Shown here piece by piece: positions 39,570-55,378 of a stretch of DNA of 64,000 nucleotides. Origin of the DNA: Octopus vulgaris (taxonomy: Eukaryota). The stretch spans positions 38,130,001 to 38,194,000 of the forward strand of contig OX597829.1 in assembly GCA_951406725.2 (NCBI GenBank), given 5' to 3'. A program made the translations under genes and the position numbers. Position 1 is the first letter of the stretch. Each line of letters starts with the position of its first letter. A model generated the notes under the pieces. The model did no database searches. It saw only the letters and a list, made by a program, of their open reading frames with translations, and was not told the origin of the DNA.

Positions 39570-40527
39570 CATGTAAATTTATATATGTACAGATACATAA
39601 ATGCATGTTTATACGCATGTATGCATGCATGTATGTATGCATGCATGCATGTATGTATGTATGTATGTATGTATGTATGTATGTATGTATGTATGTATGT
39701 ATGTATGTATGTATGTATGCATGCATGCATGCATGCATGTATGTATGTATGTATGTATGTATGTATGTATGTATGTATGCATGAAAGCATGCATGCATGT
39801 ATGTGTGTATATGTATATTAGTGTATCTACGTTATATTTAAAATAGCTATGTAAAAGTTTAATCGTATTTATATAGGATTATATATTTTTTTTTACATAT
39901 TTCCTTATTAATCCAGCGTATTTAATTTGGAACCATATCGTTTCTGAACCTATTAGTCTAATAACATTTCAAGATCTTCATTTAATGATTCTTGGAGAAT
40001 AATTTTATGATTAAAAAAAGCAGAATAAACAACAAACAACAACATAAATGCAGGATACCAAAAGTATCTTCTGGTAAAGTACATGAAAAATATATTCTCA
40101 TGTGTGAAGCATTTTGCCGATTGCTTTAATAATGAGTATCCTAATAAGTGCGTAGATCAAGCCATAGGACAATGCAAGAACACACACACACACACAGGCA
40201 CACACACACGCACACGCACACGCACACACATGCACACGCACACACACGCACATGCACACACACGCACATGCACACACACACGGACACACACTCACGCACA
40301 CACACACACGCACAGACACACACACGCACAGACACACACACACACACACACTAGCACACACACACACAGACACGCACAGACACGCACACATACACACATG
40401 TAAATATGTATGTATATTTGTATGTATGTATATATGTATGTACGTATGTATATGTGTATGAATGTATCTATCTCTATATAGGTGTATAATTTACACATAT
40501 ATATATATATATATGTATACACACATA

Positions 40528-40558
<31 letters not shown>

Positions 40559-40640
40559 GCATATATATATATATATATAAACATATACACACACACACAC
40601 ACACATATATATATATGTGTGTATATATATACATATATAT

Positions 40641-40676
<36 letters not shown>

Positions 40677-40692
40677 GTGTATATATACATAC

Positions 40693-40726
<34 letters not shown>

Positions 40727-40729
40727 GTA

Positions 40730-40789
<60 letters not shown>

Positions 40790-40790
40790 A
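39570..40790. repeat. Cluster of (TATG)n, (CA)n and (TA)n microsatellites
   Basis: Directly visible. Confidence 0.9.
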
Positions 40791-41499
40791 ATGTTTGTAA
40801 ATGCATGTATAGCATTGTATTAGGCTATATATAGCTTGATTATCTTTGACATTTTCATAATTCTTTACCATTGAATAGCATACTTATTATTTAACAAAAG
40901 AAATTAATTTCATGAATAACTATTAAAAATAGGTACAGAATATGTAAGACGGTTACAGTGGCTCTCTGCTGTTGTAAAACTTGAACGAATATCTTTCATA
41001 GTTAATCATTTATGTCTTCTCTACTGCGCCTGTATTCCAGAAATGTGTGTATTAATATCACGGTCCAAGAGCAGGTGAGGCTATCAGCATCGAAGCAACT
41101 CTACTGAAGATTCCAAACTGGGAATGATACATCACTAGGAAGGAGGAAAATCGGCTTCCTAAGATCACGCAGTATGACGAATACTCCTCTGGTCACTGTG
41201 ATTGAGGAACACAGAGGAAGATGTCCAAAGACTCCCTAAAGAAATCCTTCGGTGTCTGCCACATTTATTCTTTTTTTGGTAATTAACCGTAAAACCTGAC
41301 GTCTCACTGTACTCCGGGCAACATCCTTTTCTGAAGAGAACCATAAGCCCAGCTTTGCAGACAAGAGTAAAAGGAGGAACAATAAAGACATTATGACCAA
41401 CCATGATTAGCCTACCTTCTCTGCAGTTTTTGCGGTCATGCTTTTGTTTGGCCCATATGGGACACTCCTTCCAAAATTCTTCGCTCCTGAAGCTAAGAA

Positions 41500-41765
<266 letters not shown>

Positions 41766-41809
41766 CAATATATATACATACATATATACATATGCATACA
41801 CTCACATAT

Positions 41810-42490
41810 ATAAGGACACTCCAAATGTTTTGAGACTTTTTTAGGAAAGAACTTCGAGTTCAAAGAAATGATAAACTCTAATCTGGCCTCCTCGGGTCTG
41901 GTGGGAGGGCAATTTGTTTTCATAGGGCATTCTTTCTCTTGGTCTCTTAATCATATCAGTAGATTCTGCTGTCATTACAAGTCCCTAGAAACTTGACTAT
42001 TCTTGGATTGGAGGCAACGAGCTTAATCCTCTCGCTGTTATCACTAACGCATCTTTCTTTCTGTTCGTCACCGAGCACTCAGGGAAATTTGCACAAATTT
42101 TGCGTATGATTAGATCTTTACGAATAATTCTGTGTATAATTGCTACAGTAACTTCAAACTGTATACTTGTTGTCTTTATACACACACAGCAATCTTCATC
42201 CAGAAAATAGTGAATTTTTCTCAACCAGCTTTGTTGTTTTAACGTCCCTCCCCTTCAATCTTTTCTCACATCCTCTCTATCACCCTTGAATCAGTTTGGG
42301 GCATTTCATAAGTTTCTGAGCGTTTTTGCCCAGTTTAACACAAAACTATAGCATAGCGAAATCACCAAATTTTCTCCCCGTCTTGACTACATTCTGTAAA
42401 CTTGTCAGCCGTGACAAGCAGTGTTTAGTAGGGTGTGAAGTTCTGTAGACTGTTACAGTCACCTCTTTCAATCTGGAATAAAAAGTTGAC
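41810..42490 (-). mobile_element. Mariner transposase N-terminal relic
   Basis: IIHRIIRKDLIIRKICANFP resembles the mariner HTH-linker L..RK.CARWVP. Confidence 0.6.
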
Positions 42491-42882
42491 AGGCCAGCAT
42501 ATTAGATGAATAGTAATGAATTGCTTAAATTACAATAATTTAGGACAGTTGTTAAGCTCAATACTTACTTTTTTAAAAATCTGCTATTTATTCTGGGGTC
42601 GAATTGTTCGACTAAAAGGCGATGCTTCAGCATGGCCACAGTTAAAGGATTGAAACAAGTAAAAGTATATATATTTATATATATATATTCATGTTTGTTA
42701 TTTTATAATAATTACTGGTATCCTTATATATTACTATATTTTATATCTTATATGTAAAGCATAATATGTTATATGTATGTATATTATTGTAATTATCAGT
42801 TCAGTTCAGTTTAGTAAATAGATAAATAAGTTAACATAATATAATGTCTAAAAGTTGATGAACCACCTATTGCATACACACG

Positions 42883-42937
<55 letters not shown>

Positions 42938-43019
42938 ATACCTACACACACACACACACACGCTCACGCACACATATAGGTTCAATGAATTTATATGAGT
43001 TTAAGAATAAAAGAGCTAC

Positions 43020-43132
43020 AGGCACGGTTCGAAAACCATCACCGGACTGACCTGCCCGAGATGCGGTCAGAGCGACGAAACCGTTCTGCACGCACTCGTA
43101 CTGTGTCCAGATATTTCAGAGCTGTGGTCCTT
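43020..43132 (+). mobile_element. Tx1/L1-type ORF2 C-terminal zinc-finger fragment
   Basis: Translates LTCPRCGQSDETVLHALVLCPDISELW (CCHC zinc finger typical of the L1/Tx1 ORF2 C-terminus). Confidence 0.75.
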
Positions 43133-43651
43133 CGTCCAGGATGAATTTGATCAGATGAAATGTTTGAACAGTCTTGACTATTAATTCCGCCATGAAAGGA
43201 AACCATTAGGCCGGCAGATTTCCAAAATATAGCCCCCCCCCACCACTGTGTTTGCAGAACTGTTTCCAGTGGGAAACGCAATCTTTCAGGATGCTAGTGC
43301 ACCAATTCACACAGCTAAATTGTTACTGAATGGCACAAGGAACATTCTAGTGAAGTTGAACATCTTAATCTGGCCACCACAATCCCGAGATCTCAATATT
43401 ATCGAACATTTAAGGTGCATTTTAGAAAAACAAGTAAGGAGTCGATATCCTCCACCATCATCACTACAAGAACTGGAGACTGTTTTAGCTGAAGAATGGA
43501 CAAAAATTCCTTTGGAAACAATTCAAACTTTGTACGAGTCCATATCTCGTAGAATTCAAGCTGCAATTACTGCCAAAGGACATCCTACCCCATACTAAAC
43601 TAAATTTGTTTGAAATTTTGAGGTGTTTCCATTATTTTGTCCAACTCATGT
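43133..43651 (+). mobile_element. Tc1-family transposase 3' half with right TIR; the first about 110 bp are inverted
   Basis: IFQDASAPIHTAK, WPPQSRDLNIIEHL and RRIQAAITAKGHPTPY*, followed by TIR-like GTTTCCATTATTTTGTCCAACTCATG|TA. Confidence 0.88.
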
Positions 43652-43805
43652 ATGTATGCATGTATGTGTAGGCATGCTTCTATTCCAGAAAAGCTTGCTT
43701 AACATGCGTTCATAAAATTGTATCTAACTGTAAATTGTAAGCACGTTGAAACGCTTATGCGTGAACGTAAGTCAAAGCGTACAGGTTCTCACATTCATAA
43801 TAACT

Positions 43806-44038
43806 ATTTCTTTACTACCCACAAGGGGCTAAACACAGAGAAGACAAACAAGGACAGACAAACGGATTAAGTCGATTATATCGACCCCAGTGCGTAACTG
43901 GTACTTATTTAATCGACCCCGAAAGGATGAAAGGCAAAGTCGACCTCGGCGGAATTTGAACTCAGAACGTAACGGCAGACGAAATACGGCTACGCATTTA
44001 GCCCGGCGTGCTTAACGTTTCTGCCAGCTCGCCGCCTT
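43806..44038 (-). mobile_element. SINE S1 full-length copy
   Basis: 17-bp TSD TCACATTCATAATAACT at 43789-43805 and 44039-44055. Confidence 0.92.
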
Positions 44039-44524
44039 TCACATTCATAATAACTTGCACGCAGCATGTGAACCCATGCACTTGCATAAATGTACACATG
44101 CATAGACAACGGCTCGCATGACTACCAAGTTGATGCTTTAAATTCCAATGAAAAGGCCTTGTATCTGAGTTGAGTTGGAGAGACCAGCTCGTTTTGTTAT
44201 TGATGAGCAAATTTAAGATATAAAACCAAGATCATACACATGAATGCATACATGCTTATTGAATACATAACACATGGGCGCACACACAAGGCATACATGC
44301 ACACACGTACATGCTAACATACATATCATATACATATATGCATACAACCACGCATACATTAACCGAACTCTGTTATATATCTAGAATTATGCAGCTTGAA
44401 GAGTCACCAGCAAAGAAAATTTCTATTAATAGCTGTTTCTGATATTGACAACAGTCGTTTATATTTGTTGTTGTTGTTGTTATTGTTGTTGATGTTGCTT
44501 TTGCGATGTTTGAGATGCTGCTGT

Positions 44525-45435
44525 GTAGTGATGGTGGTGGCGGTGGTGGTGGTGGTGGTGGTGGTTGCAGTTGGCAGTGGTAATAGTGATGGTGGTGGCG
44601 GTGGTGGTGGTGGTGGTTGTGGCAGTGACAGTGGTGGTTGTGATGGTGGTGGTGGTAGTGGCGGCGGTGGTGGTGGCAGTGGTAGTGGTAATAGTGATGG
44701 TGGTGGCGGTGGTGGTAGTGGTGGCAGTGGTAATAGAGATGGTGGTGGCGGTGGTGGTGGTGGTGGCAGTGGCAGTGGTAGTGGTAATAGTGATGGTGGT
44801 GGCGGTGGTGGTGGTGGTGGTGGTGGTGGTGGTAGTGGCAGTGGTAATAGTGATGGTGGTGGCGGCGGTGGTGGTGGTGGTTTCAGTGACAGTGGTGGTA
44901 GTGATGGTGGTGGTGGCGGTGATGATGGTGGTGACGGTGGCAGTGGTGGTGATTGGGGGTGATGGCGATGGCGGTGGCGGCGGGTGGTAGAGGTGTTTGT
45001 GGTGGTAGCGGTGATGGTGTTTGTTGTGGTAGTGGCGTTCATTGTAGTGACGGTGATAGTGGTAGTGGTAGTGGTCATGTTGGGATGCCGATGATATTGT
45101 GGTAGTGGTGGTGCCAGTGTTTATACTAGTAGTGGTGGTGGTGGTGGTGGTGATAATGGTGGTGATAGTACCGTTAGTGGTATAGTGGCAGTAGTGGTTG
45201 TGGTGATGAGGTGGTGATGATAGCGATGGTGCTGGTGGTGGCGATTGCAGAGAGGGTGCTGGTTTCAGTGCTAGTGGTAGCAGTGGTAGTGATGGTGGTG
45301 GTGGTGGTGGTGGTGGTGGTGATGATAGATGATTGTGGTGTTGGCGGTGGTTGTTGTGGTACCGCTGCTAGTGATGTAGTGTTTGCGGCTGTATCGGTTG
45401 CAGTGGTGATGCTAGTACGGTAGCGTTGGTGGTTG
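44525..45435. repeat. Degenerate (GGT)n array with a recurrent GGCAGTGGTAATAGTGATGGTGGTGGC unit
   Basis: Directly visible. Confidence 0.9.
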
Positions 45436-45804
45436 CGGTGATGTTGATGGTATAGGTAAAGGTTCGAGTGTTGCTGTTGGGTGTTCGGGTGGTAATGCAA
45501 TGACAACAAAACGTAAATGTCATAATCAATAGCTATCATTATTTTCTCTCCTTTTACTTGTTTAAATCCTTATATCCAACAGTTAGAATTATTCTACTGA
45601 CATTTACTCTTAAATCAACATTAAATGCCTACATTTTACTGCTGCAGCTCTCTCAGAAAGTCGACCAGCGAAAGCAGTGGCTGGTAGCGCGATAAAATGG
45701 TAAATGATGGAAACGTAGAGTATTGGCGTACAAGACCTTCCATTAGAAACTGGAAGAAAAGAAACGTGAAGTTTGAATTCAGAAAATAATGGCCTTCTTA
45801 CTGT

Positions 45805-46823
<1,019 letters not shown>

Positions 46824-46825
46824 AT

Positions 46826-49075
46826 ATGTTTGACTTTTGCTGGTACAAGTTGATATCAAGTCTCCCCCAAAGACTTCAAGAGATAACAAGTTAAAAGTTC
46901 AAGTTGGTGTTATGACTAGGGTGTCATATATTTGGTTTTTGCACAAAGTATGTCTAAGGAAACACAAGAAAATTATAAGTTTGTTTTAAAATTTGGGATT
47001 ACGTAGGCAGTATTTTACGTAGGATATGGGCAGTTCCCATGAAGACTAGTTTTTGAATTTCTGCCATGGAGACATGATCGATGCTTTCATTTAGTTGTTT
47101 ATATACACGACATGTTGGGCTACTTTAATATGTTGGCCTGGTAGTTCCTTGTAGGTAGGCATTGATACTGGTTTGCTATGATAAACCCTTCTGTTTCTGA
47201 TTTTAATCCAGAAGACACTAACCATTGATGGGAAGGGTTTTGTCAACATCGGCATTATTACCTCTCTTTGGGTATTTGCCATTCGGATAATTTTTTTCCA
47301 TTTATCAGTAAGAATATTTAAGGCCGCAATTTGTTACAGATTTTCATACGCATAGCTTTTTCTGTGCTTGTTTCCAATATGTTTAATTCTGGGATTTGTT
47401 GTATTTGGAATTCACTTAGATATTTCTTTTGCCTGTTTTGTTACTGAGTATCATGTTTTCTTGTTTTTATACTTTAACACAAGTTTTAACATCCAGTCAT
47501 CAGAGTTTTTCAGGTAGGTGTCTAGGCCAATTGTCGCAATCTTCATTGTTAATTCAAGTTGCAAAAGTCCACGGCCACCCTCTTTTCTTGTAAGGGAAAA
47601 TCATTCTATATCTGCCTTAAGGTGGTGCATTCAATGCATTGTCAACAATTTTCGTATTTTTCTGTCAGGATTACATATTTCAGTAATCGACCAGTTAGTA
47701 ATATTGAAACTGTAAGTCACAACCGGTATGGCTAAAGTATTGATCGCTTCGATCCTTTTTCTTGTAGTCAGCTCTGTCTTCAGTATTGCTCTCACACTGC
47801 GATGACGCTTTCCCTCATCACTGAATGTTTGATTCCGTCCCTTTCAAATACCCTTAGGTGTTTGTAGCTCTCTGTTGGTTCTAACTCCTATATGACCTTA
47901 TGTTGTTCATGATTAACATTGTTTTTTTCTATCATTTTCCCTCTGATAAAGGTAGCTTTTGCCAAATTCCATCCTGATGTCATCCGTGAACTGTTTAACA
48001 ATCGCTAGTAAGCCCTGTAGTTGTTGGTCACTTTTTGCAAAGAGCTTTAAATCATCCATGTAAAATCGATAGTTTATATTTTTATCAAACATTTTATAGC
48101 CACATTGTACATCATTGAACAATTTCGAAAGAAGTATTAAGGCTAGACAAAAGAGGAGTAGTGACAGAGAGTCACCCTAGAAAATGCCACATGAAATTCT
48201 TACATCTCTAGCATTAAGAGATTCATTGTCACTGTTCAAAGTTAGTGTGGTTCTCCATAATCTCATACTTACAAATAACAAGTTTCGCAGAGTTGGTGCT
48301 ATTTTATATATTTCCAGACATTTTTTAATCCAGCTATGTGGTAGACAATCAAGAGCTTTTTTATAGTCTATCTAGGATATCGAGAAGTTCTTGTGTTGTT
48401 TTTGGCAATCTTCCAAGATCATTTTATTGATGAGTAGCTGATCTTTACAACCATAGGACCCACGTTTATATCCTTTTTGATCATTGGGGAATATGCTACT
48501 TTCTATTAAAAAACTATAGGTATATTCAGTCAAGACGGATGTTAGTATTTTATACATAGTTGTTAAGCAGATTATGGGTCTATAATTTTTTGGTTCATTT
48601 GTTTCTTCATGTTTTGGAAGTAGAAATGTAACATCATTAACTGCCATAGAGGGAATCGTACTAGGATATTGCAAAACATTGTTGTAACCAGAAGTTAGGA
48701 ATTTCATCCTTTCCTGGAGACTTCCATTTGCTTGATTTCCCGAGAGCAGATCTTGCATTCTCTACTTTGATACCCTCCCACTTTTGCTCTTATAAGGTTG
48801 ATATTCTATCAATCCAAGGGGCCGTTTTAGTGTGCGTTTTTTCTTCTGCCCTAACTTTATTCCAAATTCCTGCACTTCTTTTGATGGTGCAGACTTTACT
48901 GTAACTGGTATTTTCCCTATCTTCATGTAAAATGTTTTGGGTTATTTTTTAATATGTTGACCTTGAAGAAACTAACGCGCTTTTCATTCCGTGCAATGCG
49001 GGAAGCCTTAGTAGATGCCTTTGCTTGATAGTTTCTATGGTGGTATCGATGTCAAGTATAGTTTTCATATTGTGA
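46826..49075 (-). mobile_element. R4/Dong-like LINE relic (RT domain); 3' end abuts (TAA)n
   Basis: PKNYRPIICLTTMYK, GSYGCKDQLLINKMIL, GDSLSLLLFCLAL and FYMDDLKLFAKS. Confidence 0.88.
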
Positions 49076-49158
49076 AAATTTACAATAAACAAAAGACGAA
49101 GACGGGTATGTTAACAACAAACAGATGTATTAGTTTAACGCTCGAGAAGTGAGAAAGT

Positions 49159-49194
49159 CTTTTGCGTTTCGAGCCTAAGCTCTTCAACAGAAAG
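49159..49194 (-). ncRNA. Degenerate minimal hammerhead-like motif in a probable Penelope terminal fragment (about 49085-49630)
   Basis: Minus strand reads CTTT-CTGTTGA-A-GAGC ttag GCTC-GAAA-CGCA-AAAG. The stems pair, but the core A6 and the cleavage triplet are altered. Confidence 0.45.
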
Positions 49195-50672
49195 GAACAC
49201 AGAAATAAACAGGGAGAGAAAATAGAAAAATGTTTAGTGGCTAGCGATCTATCATGATGAATGCCGGACAGATTGGTTACACAGGAGAGCTAGGAAGAAT
49301 GGGAGATAATAAAGTAGTGGTGATCCAAAAACGAAGTGCGCGTGCGTATGTATGTGAGAGCGTGTGTGTGTATGTGGAAGGAGGCTGGTGACCTTGACGT
49401 GTGCGTCTGCACATGTGTAGTTGTGTGGATGATGGTGTAGGTACTGGGAAGTGGTCAGTGCGTGCATTGGTGTGGGGTGCTGGGAAGTGGTCAGTGTTAG
49501 TGTGTGCGGGGTGGTGCGATGTGGTGTGGTATGGTGGTGAGTGGTGTGTGGTGTGGTGGTGCGGTGATGTATGGTGTGATGTGGTGGTGTTGGGTTGTGG
49601 GGAGGTAAGAGTGGGGAAGCAAGGGTGGGGGTCTAAGGTAGTTTGTTACTACCTATGTATGATCTTATTTCAACGCGCTTCTCTCTCCAGTTTAGGTAGG
49701 TCTGTTAGGTAGATTTATATGCGGAGAAATACATGGCAGAATAGAAGGCTTTAAGAACTTCTTTATTAACTCCCCTAGACCATTTTTCATTCTTTTTCTT
49801 TTGGTTATTTGATGACGAACGTGGATAGCACTCTGTTGGACTATTCCGGTTGTGGGGTACTTCCAGCTCTGTATTTCGGGAAGATTTGAATCAGTAGCTG
49901 ATTTTTTTGCACCCAGTCTGGTTCCTTATTGTGTGTGCGACCCTTTGTTGACTCGGGTGACGGCAGAACCAGTGTGTATGTTGCTTTGTTATCATTGAGG
50001 CATGACGAGCTTGGACGTTGAACTTAAGGTACGGATCTGTCTGTTTAGCGTTTTTGAGACAACACTACCTCCGAGTTCTCTAAAAAACATTGCTCTTAAC
50101 GTCACTTCTTAAGGCTAACAGATCAGTATTCGTCTGTATATTTTTGTTGACAGATTTATCTCCGGGCATAGTTTCTTTGTGGTGCCTTTGAACTTATGAA
50201 TTGTTCATTCTGTGTTAGTTCGAAGAAAATTGTTTCGTTATAGTTTTGCTTCGTTTGTGGCACGTGCTTTCGTTTGCGTGTATGTGTGTCCTGTAAATTT
50301 CAAGCAGTTGTGTAAACATTGAGGTGTATGTGTAGTTTTATGAGTATTAGAATGTATATATAATTGTATAGACATTCGAATGTATCTGTAATTAATCAAT
50401 TTACGTGCTTACTGTTTTGTTCCACTTATATTTTATAATTTGTAAACTTTCCGATGTTGATTTCGCACGTTTCATTGAGATATCGTGCATGGGAGAAACT
50501 GTACTTTGTATGGCAGTAAAATTTCGTTTTTTGTGATTATTTTCGTTAAAAGGCCGCTTCCTTTAAGTCTTCCACAGGTTCCTTTTTCCCATTCCACCGA
50601 TGTTATTAAATTAGACTTGTTTTTGTATGGAGTGCCCGTTGTAGCACGTCCATATTGTTATTCAGCGCGTAG

Positions 50673-51418
<746 letters not shown>

Positions 51419-51689
51419 CCTTTGATTTCCCTTTATATTCAATGAATACCGAATATTAACTAGATACTTGGAGCAGGCATCATCGGTTTGGTTTTGACAG
51501 TCTTCTTTTTTTTTGTCACATCGCAAAAGTTTAATAGTTAAAACAAACAAATTGAGAAAATAAGTATAGGAAGATAGAGGAGGATGAAAAGAAGTATAAG
51601 AAAGTATAAAAGACACGAGTTTATTTTGCATTGAGAACACTTGAATGCTATTAAGTACCAATGAAATTTACTATAAAAATTAAACAGAA

Positions 51690-53851
51690 AAGATTGTGTG
51701 TTGACAAAAATTTATAAAGGGTGGTACATGTCAGAACTATCTTTTGGATTTCATTGGTGCTAGGTTTACCAGGTGTGTTTTCTAGAAACTTTTGAACACA
51801 CTTCTTTACGAGGCCTAGTGCTCGTATCCCTGCTGGAATAGTTTGGTTTTCCAGTTGCCACATCCTGTTTATCTCTGTTTCAAGATCCTTCTACTTGGCA
51901 AGTTTTGCACACTCTTTTACTGAAGCATTTCTTATTTCTTTATTGCCCACAAGGGGCTAAACACAGAGGGGACAAACAAGGACAGACAAACGGATTAAGT
52001 CGATTACATCGACCCCAGTGCGTAACTGGTACTTAATTTATCGACCCCGAACGGATGAAAGGCAAAGTCGACTTCGGCGGAATTTGAACTCAGAACGTAA
52101 CGGCAGACGAAATACTACTAAGCATCTCGCCCACCGTGCTAACGATTCTGCCAGCTCGCCGCCTTAGGCATTTCTATCAGACGGTAGAGTCATGTTGAAG
52201 AGTAAGCAGGTCTTGCTTTTAAAATCTTTAATAATAATATCAGGATGGTTTGCATTATTAGTACGATTTGTGTGAATGGTCTCAAAGGATTGTTACTCCT
52301 TCAGTTTCAGTTACTGGTTGTGGTTTGTGTCCATATAAGTTTTCTGTATGTTCTGCATTATATTGTTTGCTTATGATCCAGTGGACGTGTTGCCCCAACC
52401 CTATCGTGTCTGATCTTATATTTAATTGGTGTTAGCATGGGGTGTCCTGATATTATATGGTACACTGTTTCAAGCTGTACGTCACACATCTTGCATTTGG
52501 GGTCTGCTACGTTTCCGAAAATATATGCCTGATAATTCCTAGTACAGCGGCTTTGGTCTTGAGCAACACAAATAAATCCTTCCGTTTCCCGAACTTCCCA
52601 GCCACTGATGGGTTTGGGCATCGTCTGCCTACATCAGCGCCTAGGAAGCGAAGTCGTAATTAGCCGTGTAGAGGTTTTTGCTGCTGTCTTTCTCTAAATG
52701 GCATTAGACCATCTGACTTTGCCTTGCCTCTGAAGACTTTTGCTGCTTTAGTTGGAATTAGATCAACTTCATTAGTAAGCTGTATGTCTTCGGTTCTTAG
52801 TTCTTTCCTGTACTCTCCAGTACTTTTCCGCTTCTTTGAATACAGAGAAATTCTTTTGTCTTTTATGATCTCTTACTAACTTCATTATCCAGTCATTGGT
52901 GCTCTCTAGGTACGTTTGCAAGCCTGTTGTAGTTGTTTTGTATGACAGTTCTAGTAGGATTAGCCCTCCTCCTCCTCCTCCTTGTCTTGATAAATATAGG
53001 CGATCTACGTCTGTTTTGGGTCGCTACATTTTATTGACTGTAAGAAGTTTTCAAGTTTTTATGTTCATTCTCAGGGGATCAGAAAAGTTCCAATTAATGA
53101 TGTCATAACTGTATTGAACCTCTGGTACAGATAACGTACTTGAAACGGATTTTAGAATTTAGCTCTATTTTCAGGATCAGCCTTACTCTTCTGCAGAAAT
53201 CTTTTCGTATTTTGTTCTTCATTTGAATATGTTTAATTCCATCACCTTCGTTTATGTAAAGATATTTATAGATGCCTTCTGTATCTAACTCATGTTTGGT
53301 TGTATCTATATCGAGTTTAACGGATAGTGTCTTTGTTAGTTTCCCTCTTTTAAACGTTGCTTTGGCGCACTTGTCAATGCCAAATTCCATGCCAATGTCA
53401 TTGTTATATTGCTTCACATTTGCTAGATGTCCAAAATCTTGGTCCTTTTTAGCGTACATTTGAGGTCATCCATAAAAAAAAATGCTAAAGGGCCTCATTG
53501 CTGCTGTTCATCTTATACTCGTATCCTGTGTTGCTGAGCTTACTTGATATGAAAATGAAAGCAAAGCAAAAGAGGAGAGGGGAGAGTGAGTTGCCTTGAA
53601 ATTTTCCGCAATTAATTTCAAGATTATCTGACTGTATGGCTCCTTTGTTATGGCTTAGGAAAAGAGCTGTACTCCATTTTGACATGCCGGCTCTTTAACA
53701 ATTAGATATTTTGGAAGGCATTTTGCAAATTTCTAGGTCTTCCAATATCCATTAATGTATTATACTGTCATAGGATTTAGATGTGTCTCTTTGGACTGAT
53801 AGTATTCTAGAATCATCTTATCAATTAATAGTTGGTCTTTGCACCCATATG
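51690..53851 (-). mobile_element. Second R4/Dong-like LINE relic (RT C-terminal half, CCHC, REL endonuclease)
   Basis: GCKDQLLI, FQGNSLSPLLFC, DIGMEFGIDKCAK, ETEGFICVAQDQ, CKMC...HIISG, NHPDIIIKD and EINRMWQL. Confidence 0.9.
51933..52167 (-). mobile_element. SINE S1 inserted in the R4/Dong relic
   Basis: 8-bp TSD GCATTTCT at 51925-51932 and 52168-52175. Confidence 0.92.
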
Positions 53852-54172
53852 TGAAGGCGCGTGGCCTAGTAGCTAGGGTTCGCTTTCCGGACTAGGTGCT
53901 GTGTTTTGTTCTTGACCAAATCACTTCATTTTGCGTTGCTCTAGTGCTGTGTGGGGACCGGCATGTCAAAGAATAGACCTAAAAGTGGTTGAAGTAGGAT
54001 CTACATTCTGAGCTTGTAAAACTCCTACCAACAACGACTACCCAAACAGACCCACGGGTTGGAGGGCTGTCACCTGAGTGGTGCAAAAGTATGATCCACC
54101 ATGAGGAGGGGCATCACCAACAAATGGTGGACGAAGATACACGTTGTTACAGCGCATGTCCCCAAACTACTG

Positions 54173-54247
<75 letters not shown>

Positions 54248-55084
54248 TGTACCCATACGAGTCCCACTCTCCTCTTTATTGTTCTTGTGGAATGATTCCA
54301 TTTTCATCAAGGGTTTTGGATGTAGGCTCAGTTAGTATAGATGTCAGGAATCTGTAGGTGACAGAGAGACAAATTTTGGACCTATAGTTTTTTTGGTTTT
54401 ATGTTTCAGCTGTTTTCAAGAGACAGTATGTTGTGCTTCAGTTAGATGTAATTTCACAAACAAGTTCTTTATGAATCCCTGTAAGTACATTTAGCCAAAG
54501 TCAGGGATTTGGTCTGTTTAAGGTGAATTCCATTTATGTGCTATATTAAGTACCTGCCTTAGCCCTCACAGCTTTCTTTCTTGCCATTCCTAATAGGTAA
54601 TGTCTCTCATTCTGCCTATTTTTCTATTAATCCACCCAGGTTCTTTATTGCTCCATATATTTTCCACAATCCAGATAAGAAGTAATAATAGCAGCGACAA
54701 CGAGGGTCCTAACACTACCAAGAGCAGCATTATTTCTTTTGCCAAAATCACAAATGCGTTTGATGTTATCCCATTAGAGAACAAGCATGAACATTTAAAA
54801 GAGGCAAAGAAAGATATAAATCATCTGGAACAGAGAAAAGTTATGCTCAATACACCACGACATATCTTTGAACAAACAGAAAAGAAAACAATTCTGTATA
54901 GATGCGTGTCGACGAAAAGGCATAAGTTAGAGCGCATACCTTCATACTTTAACTCTGCTTAAAAAAATATATGATCTGACATGAGCTTTGTGGCTCATGA
55001 TCATAAATTCGAATATATTAGAATTATTAGAAACCTTGCTCAAAAGCACTTCACCGTTCTAAAAAATTGGAAGATTAATAACGA

Positions 55085-55378
55085 TTTATCCGGGGGCTGA
55101 TATTCATCCAAGTAAAAATTCCCACGATACTGATCATCTTCTTGGACTCAGAAGGTAAGTTGATAGTCCTGGATTTGTGTATTAGGATTTCTCAATCTCC
55201 TAAAGTTCGTAATTTCCTGGAAAATGAAAGCAGCAAAGGGATGTAGTTGTGTATTGAACTCTTAATGTATGTATAATAAATGTTCAACATTTGTTTAAAT
55301 AATTGAAAAACACCACTCGCATGTAATGTCCTGTACTGTCCCCTCTTCGTTTAGTCCCTTTGCGGATAATTAAGAATT
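55085..55378 (+). mobile_element. Short Tx1-like relic: endonuclease fragment fused to the 3' tail
   Basis: LIIFLDSEGKLIVLDL (about 55131-55178) matches FFLDPEGKSVVLDV in ORF 22599-23006. Tail TGTCCCCTCTTCGTTTAGTCCCTTTGCGGATAATTAAGAA. Confidence 0.6.

Noticed and set aside
44396-45078. Gly-rich and Pro-rich (formin/extensin-like) ORFs
   Set aside because: Degenerate (GGT)n array open on both strands, with no flanking domain or splice evidence.
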